Shown here: piece by piece, positions 56,076 to 64,000 of the stretch
How the letters are laid out: every line of letters starts with the position of its first letter
Numbering within the stretch: position 1 is the stretch's first letter
Assembly (NCBI GenBank): GCA_964016885.1
Contig: CAXHJY010001494.1
Coordinates: 1-64,000, forward strand
Origin: Eledone cirrhosa
Lineage: Eukaryota
Reading direction: 5' to 3'
DNA length: 64,000 nucleotides
Notes under the pieces: generated by a model
Told to the model about the DNA's origin: nothing
The model's input: the letters and a program-made list of their open reading frames with translations, nothing else
The model's database searches: none
Position numbers and translations under genes: made by a program

Positions 56076-56195
56076 CTAAGGCGGGTAAAATTCCCGCGAT
56101 CCATGGACGAGTTCTCTCCAGCGGTCTCTGTCCCTCATTATCGCTGCCATATCCTGCATCTCCAACAGACCAGTGTCTGTCCTTAGGGCATCAAC
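56076..56195 (-). mobile_element. RTE-clade LINE extreme 3' fragment (same family)
   Basis: Nearly identical to 62689-62808; stop codon runs directly into (ATAG)n. Confidence 0.88.
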
Positions 56196-56229
56196 TATGT
56201 ATATATATATATGTATGTATGTATGTATG

Positions 56230-56267
<38 letters not shown>

Positions 56268-56346
56268 TACATATATATGTGAATATATATATATGTATAT
56301 GTGTGAATATATATATATATGTGTGAATATATATATATATATGTGA

Positions 56347-56381
<35 letters not shown>

Positions 56382-56441
56382 TGTATATATATGTATGTAT
56401 ATATATATATATATGTATGTATATATATATATATATGTATG

Positions 56442-56472
<31 letters not shown>

Positions 56473-57577
56473 GTATATATATGTATGTATACATATATAT
56501 ATATGTGAATATATATATATATATATATATATGTATATGTGAATATATATATATATATATGTATATGTGAATATATATATATATATATGTATATGTGAAT
56601 ATATATATATATATATGTATATGTGAATATATATATATATATATGTATATGTGAATATATATATATATATATATGTATATGTGAATATATATATATATAT
56701 ATATGTATATGTGAATATATATATATATATATGTATATGTGAATATATATATATATATATGTATATGTGAATATATATATATATATATGTATATGTGAAT
56801 ATATATATATGTATATGTGAATATATATATATATATATGTATATGTGAATATATATATATATATGTATATGTGAATATATATATGTATATGTGAATATAT
56901 ATATATATATGTATATGTGAATATATATATATATATGTATATGTGAATATATATATATATATGTATATGTGAATATATATATATATGTATATGTGAATAT
57001 ATATATATATATGTATATGTGAATATATATATATATATATGTATATGTGAATATATGTATATATATATGTATACATATATATATATGTATATATATATAT
57101 GTATACATATATATATATGTATATATATATATGTATACATATATATATATGTATTTATATATATATATGTATATATATATACACAAATATATATATATGT
57201 ATTTATATATATATATGTATATATATATACACAAATATATATATATGTATATATATACACATATATATATGTATATATATATATACACATATATATATGT
57301 ATATATATATATACACATATATATATGTATATATATATATACACATATATATATGTATATATATATATACATATATATTTGTATATATATATATACATAT
57401 ATATATGTATATATATATGTATATATATATATATGTATATATATATGTATATATATATATATGTATATATATATGTATATATATATATATACATATATAT
57501 ATGTATATATATATATATACTTATATATATATATACATATATATATGTATATATATATATATGTATATATATATATG

Positions 57578-57608
<31 letters not shown>

Positions 57609-57853
57609 GTATACATATATATATATGTATATATATATATGTATATATATATATATGTATACATATATATATATGTATATATATATATGTATATATGTAT
57701 ATATATATATGTATATATATATATATGTATACATATATATATATATGTATATATATATATGTATATATATATATATGTATACATATATATATATATGTAT
57801 ACATATATATATATATGTATATATATATATATGTATACATATATATATATATG

Positions 57854-57900
<47 letters not shown>

Positions 57901-57921
57901 GTATACATATATATATATATG

Positions 57922-57952
<31 letters not shown>

Positions 57953-57973
57953 GTATACATATATATATATATG

Positions 57974-58006
<33 letters not shown>

Positions 58007-58052
58007 GTATACATATATATATATATGTATACATATATATATATATGTATAC

Positions 58053-58116
<64 letters not shown>

Positions 58117-58754
58117 GTATACATATATATATATATGTATACATATATATATATATGTATACATATATATATATATGTATACATATATATATATATGTAT
58201 ACATATATATATATATATGTATACATATATATATATATATGTATACATATATATATATATGTATACATATATATATATATGTATACATATATATATATAT
58301 ATGTATACATATATATATATATATGTATACATATATATATATATATGTATACATATATATATATATATGTATACATATATATATATATGTATACATATAT
58401 ATATATATGTATGTAAAAGGTAAACAGAAATAACAACACAATCGGTACAGTATATGGAAGGGATATATTAGGTTAACGCTTGATATAGCAGGGAAAGGGT
58501 CTTAACGTTTCGGACGCTAGTCCTTCATTAGAAGAAAGAATGAGAAATAGGATATATTGAGGGGACAAGTGGGGTTGAATTGGAAAAAATGTCTTCTGAT
58601 AAAAATAACAGGTCCATTTATGTTGACATCTCTGAAGAACAGATTAAAGTTTAAGCAAATAATCGCTTCTTTCGCTCTTAACGAGCCCTCTTCGGATTTT
58701 AGTCTTCACATTTATCACTACTATATATATATCATTACTATGTATATATATATA

Positions 58755-58790
<36 letters not shown>

Positions 58791-58812
58791 GATGAGATTC
58801 TGGTTTTGCTTG

Positions 58813-58900
58813 CTTGTCTGATGAGAGGATTCGGGTTGGAATTGGGTCTAGAGTACAAATATGGATCTTGAGCCACCCGTCTCTGAAACGTTCGTAATAT
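58813..58900 (+). ncRNA. Degenerate hammerhead, extended stem II; a similar degenerate motif lies at 25168-25256
   Basis: CTGATGA-GAGGA..CGGGT..ACCCGTCTCT-GAAA-CGTTCG-TA. Confidence 0.55.
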
Positions 58901-59162
58901 ACGCCATTTGAATGCATTTAGTAGACTGTGGCCGCAGAAGATTTATCGTACACACACAGGAGACGGAAACCGTAAAAGAACTGTTGCATACATACACACA
59001 CAAACACAGCTGAGTAAACTGGAGCAACGTGAAATAAAGTGTCTTGCTCAATGACACAACACATCATCCGGTCCGAGAATCGAACTCACAACCTTTCGAT
59101 TGCAAGCCCAATGCTCTAACCACTAAGCCATGCGCCTTCAGAGATAAGTCTAAATATAAACA

Positions 59163-59375
59163 CGGTCGCTCTCCGACAGGTTTACGGTCGAGCCCTTAGC
59201 AGTGGAGATTTCTGGTGTCCTGGGCCCTAGGATCACCTCTCTATTCACCACCATCGGCACGGAGTTGGCTATCCACAAGTCTGAGCCTTGCGAATTGGAA
59301 TGGCTCTTCCAACGCGTCTAGATCACCTTCCTTCGGGAAAAAGCCCTTTCTATTCTGTTCGCCCGGGCCGCAGGG
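59163..59375 (+). mobile_element. CRE-like RLE C-terminal fragment
   Basis: RSLSDRFTVEPLAVEISGVLG..EWLFQRV*; homologous to 22001-22252. Confidence 0.7.
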
Positions 59376-59682
59376 CGGCGAGCGCGTGGGAACCCATTTG
59401 CTTATAATAATGAGATTGGGAGAGCCAGAGAGATGGAGACAGTATCAATGGGAGTGGTTTGGTAGTATCGGTAGAGCGTGAGACACCATGCCTTGCAGCA
59501 TAGTTATGGCCCTTTACGTTCTGAGTTCACATCCTGCTGAGGTTAACTTTGCTTTTCATGCTTACGAGGTCGATAAAATAAAGTACCAGTAATACTCTGG
59601 GGTAATTGCTGGATTTGTGCCAAAAGTAGAAACAATTATGCTCACACATAATATATATGTATATATTTATTTACCACACTAC

Positions 59683-59837
59683 CAGCGCCGGATTTACCAT
59701 TGTGTTTAAGCACAGGGCCCCGTTGACCAGAGGGACCCATCTTCCTGCCCCAAAATATTCTCACCCCCTCCAGGGTCAAGTAAGGGGCCTCATGTCTTAA
59801 CTATCATAGGGCCTCATTTGTCCTAAATGCAGCACTG
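59683..59837. mobile_element. Short hAT MITE
   Basis: TIRs CAGCGCCGGATTTA / TAAATGCAGCACTG; 8-bp TSD CACACTAC/CCCACTAC (one mismatch). Confidence 0.7.
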
Positions 59838-59896
59838 CCCACTACTACACTACATTCATTCCCACTTTACATCATAACCATTGTATGGAGATATAT

Positions 59897-59990
59897 ACAC
59901 GGTGTCCCTCCAAAATGTATACAGCATTCTAATAAATATTGCCTGTACAAGTAATCGAAGTGTGTATACATTTTTGGGGGACACCCTGTA
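59897..59990. mobile_element. Tc1/mariner-type MITE of 80-100 bp; other copies at about 25668-25730, 41168-41250, 42303-42384, 46095-46194, 54081-54164
   Basis: TIR TACAGGGTGTCCC..AAAATGTATACAC, TA flanks, shared core TTAGAATGCTGTTGAAG. Confidence 0.8.
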
Positions 59991-60569
59991 TATGCTAGTG
60001 TGTGGATATATTGCAACATTGACGAATGGTTAAGGAGATCGTTTCGTAACCTGGGTTCGATTATACTGCGTGGAATTTGGGGCCACTGTCCTTTACCGTA
60101 GCCCTTGATATGAGTCAACCCACTATGGGGTGAAATTTGGTAGACGGAAACTGTCTGGAAGCCCGTCTATCTAACACCAGCTTTGTCACACACTGTGCCA
60201 TGGTAAATCTCCCTGAGAATTACGTCAAGGTTACACGAGCCTGTCGAATACTCAGCCAGCTACATTATAATTCAAAGAACCAGACTTGTCACACACTGTG
60301 TCATGCTGAATCTCCCTGAGAATTACATTAAGAGTACACGTGTCTGTGGAATGCTCAGCCACTTACACGAACTTAATTTCACGAGCTGGAGCACACTGTT
60401 CTTCTATTTTTACTGCGGCCATGCTGGAGCAACATCATCAATAGATTTAGTTGATCATATCGATCACTAATAATCGAACTATATTGGTTTAAAGGATAAG
60501 TTACAGGGTATATACAAACAGTAAACACACACACATTACATATAGACACACATGTACATACATACAGAC

Positions 60570-60782
60570 ACACACACATATAGCCACATACGCATATACA
60601 TATAGATACACACACACACACATATAGCCACATACGCATATACATATAGATACACACACACACATACATATAGCCGCATACGCATATACATATAGATACA
60701 CACACACACACATATAGCCACATATGCATATACATATAGACACACACACACACACACATAGCCACATACGCATATACATATA

Positions 60783-60841
<59 letters not shown>

Positions 60842-61090
60842 CCACATACGCATATACATATAGATACACACACATATAGCCACATACGCATATACATATA
60901 GATACACACACACACATACATATAGCCGCATACGCATATACATATAGATACACACACACACACACATAGCCACATACGCATATACATATAGATACACACA
61001 CACACACACACACACATATAGCCACATACGCATATACATATAGATACACACACACATACATACAGCCACATACGCATATAGATACACACA
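60570..61090. repeat. Compound minisatellite TAGCCACATACGCATATACATATAGATA(CA)n
   Basis: About 12 units. Confidence 0.92.
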
Positions 61091-61237
61091 AACACACATA
61101 CGCATATATATATATATATATATATACACTTACAGACATACGCATATACTCACATATATATGTACAGACACACACACATATATATATACACACACACATA
61201 TATATATATATATGCACACACACACACATATATATAT

Positions 61238-61274
<37 letters not shown>

Positions 61275-62143
61275 AATGCACACACACACACACACACACA
61301 CATATATGCACACACATATATGCACACACACACACACATATATATATACACACACACATACATCAACGTTGTCATTCTACCTACAGAAAAAAACAGCTAA
61401 AAGCTTTCTTAAATTATAACCAAAACATCTTGTAAAAAAGGTTGTGGTGGGGATGGGGGGAGGACATTAGAGAATGTGTGAGAGAGGGGGAGAGAGGGAA
61501 CGAGGGAGCGAGAGAGAGAGAGAGAAAGAGGGAACGAGGGAGCGAGAAGGACATTAGATAATATGGGTTTATATACGTAGAGAGAATGTGTATGTGTATG
61601 TGTGTGAGAGAGAGAGAGAAGATTAGATAATTTGGGTTTAGATAGAGAGAGTGTGTGTGTGAGTGAGTGTGAAAATGTATATGTGTGTGAGAGAGAGAGA
61701 GGGAGAAAAGAACGTTAAATAATTGTTTCTACTTTAGGCACAAGGCCAGCAATTATCCAGTGCATTACTGGTACTTTATTTTATCGACCCCGTAAGGATG
61801 AAAGGCAAAGTCAACCTCGGCGGGATTTGAACTCAGATCGTAAAGGGACGTAACTATGCTGGAAAGCATGGCGTCCGACCCTCTACCGATACTGCCAATC
61901 CACAAGAACGTTAAATATGAAGGTATAGATACGTAAAGGTGCGTGTGAGAGAGAAATAGATAGATAGAGAGCTAGATAGATGGATAAAGAGTGAGGGGGA
62001 TCGAAAATGGTGATGGAACTTTATTTGACAAGCCGGAAAGATTGAAAGGCGCAGAGTTAGCCTAGGCGAGATTTGACCTGAGGAGGAGGAGGTCTGGAGA
62101 TGGACAGCATTAAGTACTGTTAAACGAAGCAGCAACAACTCTG

Positions 62144-62187
<44 letters not shown>

Positions 62188-62344
62188 CGTGTGTGCGTGC
62201 GTGTGTGTGTGCGTGTGCGTGTGTGCGTGTGTGTGTGCTAGTCCCGGGTTCAATCGGGGGTAAGTGAGGTACTTGATGATATTCTTCTAGTGAAACAGTT
62301 CTAGTCCTGTAGAAGCCATGTCTATATTATATATATATATATAT

Positions 62345-62382
<38 letters not shown>

Positions 62383-62485
62383 AGTAAGGGGTTAATCAAA
62401 TAAGGATATGCGGACCACATAGTGCTCTGTCGGTTTAGAAGTAGATAAAAGGAATACGGCCTCGGATTTTTTTCTTGATATATAC

Positions 62486-62528
<43 letters not shown>

Positions 62529-62533
62529 TATAC

Positions 62534-62564
<31 letters not shown>

Positions 62565-62574
62565 TATATATATT

Positions 62575-62623
<49 letters not shown>

Positions 62624-62632
62624 GTATACATA

Positions 62633-62680
<48 letters not shown>

Positions 62681-62688
62681 TCTATCAT

Positions 62689-63248
62689 CTAAGGCGGGTA
62701 AAATTCCCGAGATCCATGGACGAGTTCTCTCCAGCGGTCTCTGTCCCTCATTATCGCTGCCATATCCTGCATCTCCAACAGACCAGTGTCTGTCCTTAGG
62801 GCATCAACATATGTTAACCTTGGTCTTCCTCTTCTAGTGTGTCCATGTAGGGGCTCCCAAAGGAGCACTGAGTGCAATGTCAACTCTGGATGTCGGTGAG
62901 CATGTCCAGCCAACCTCAGTCTCCTCTGTGTCACTTTTGAGCTGACTTTTGGGATGCTCCCATACAGCTCTGAGTTTTTCATCCTCAGTGTATACTGATT
63001 AATGTTCAGAGCCATCCTCAGCATTCTCGTGTAGCACCCATCCACCATCTGAGTGAGTCTCTTGGTCAGTGTCCAAGTCTCAGACCCATACAGCAGCACA
63101 GACTCCACTACAGCAATGAAGATGCGGATTTTCAGGTCTCTACGAAGGTCCGACTTCCACACCGATCTGAAGCTGTGACACGCCGCCCAGGCCTTGCTCT
63201 TCCTCTCAACCACATCATCTTCCGTATTCCCAATCTTTGCTCCCAAAT
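62689..63248 (-). mobile_element. RTE-clade LINE 3' fragment (same family as 3300)
   Basis: [38 protein letters not shown]. Confidence 0.9.
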
Positions 63249-63260
63249 ATACATATATAT

Positions 63261-63307
<47 letters not shown>

Positions 63308-63460
63308 CATATATGTATATATATATATGTATATATATACATACATATATGTATATATATACATACATATATGTATATATATATGTATATATATACATAC
63401 ATTTATATATGTATATATATACATACATATTTATATATATGTACATATATTTATATATAT

Positions 63461-63531
<71 letters not shown>

Positions 63532-63566
63532 CATATATATATATACATATATATATATACATATAC

Positions 63567-63613
<47 letters not shown>

Positions 63614-63614
63614 C

Positions 63615-63695
<81 letters not shown>

Positions 63696-63702
63696 CATAT
63701 AC

Positions 63703-63819
<117 letters not shown>

Positions 63820-64000
63820 CATATATATATGTATATATATATATGAATATATATATATATATACATATATATACATATATTAAGATAAGCAAAATTCAAC
63901 CAATTTTTTAAAATAAATTAAAATATATAATTTAAATATTTACCTACTCAAGTCGCTCTTACCGATCGGTTTCATATATATATATATATATTTATATATA

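Overview
AT-rich, microsatellite-saturated animal genomic DNA; the SINE/LINE repertoire suggests an octopod cephalopod (inference). Most of the ORF track is (TA)n/(CA)n/(ACC)n noise. The main real coding content is a head-to-tail pair of young, near-identical Tx1-like (L1 group, APE-RT-CCHC) non-LTR retrotransposons: a 5'-truncated copy at 29262-33724 and an apparently full-length copy at 33836-39563. Six further truncated pieces of three subfamilies occur elsewhere. All seven scorable copies have (TCTA)n/(GATA)n-type repeats at the 5' junction, in the same orientation, and none has a poly(A) tail, which points to a GATA-microsatellite-specific retrotransposon family. The window also holds about ten hammerhead-ribozyme motifs of several Penelope-type families, fold-back (hairpin plus tail) pLTR-like relics, Meta- and Nin/Deu-type tRNA SINEs, RTE, CR1-like and CRE-like LINE fragments, two hAT elements with 8-bp TSDs (one carrying a 21-bp minisatellite), Tc1/mariner MITEs and a long palindrome inside a (TA)n tract. 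No host gene could be identified; only weak candidate exons are seen.
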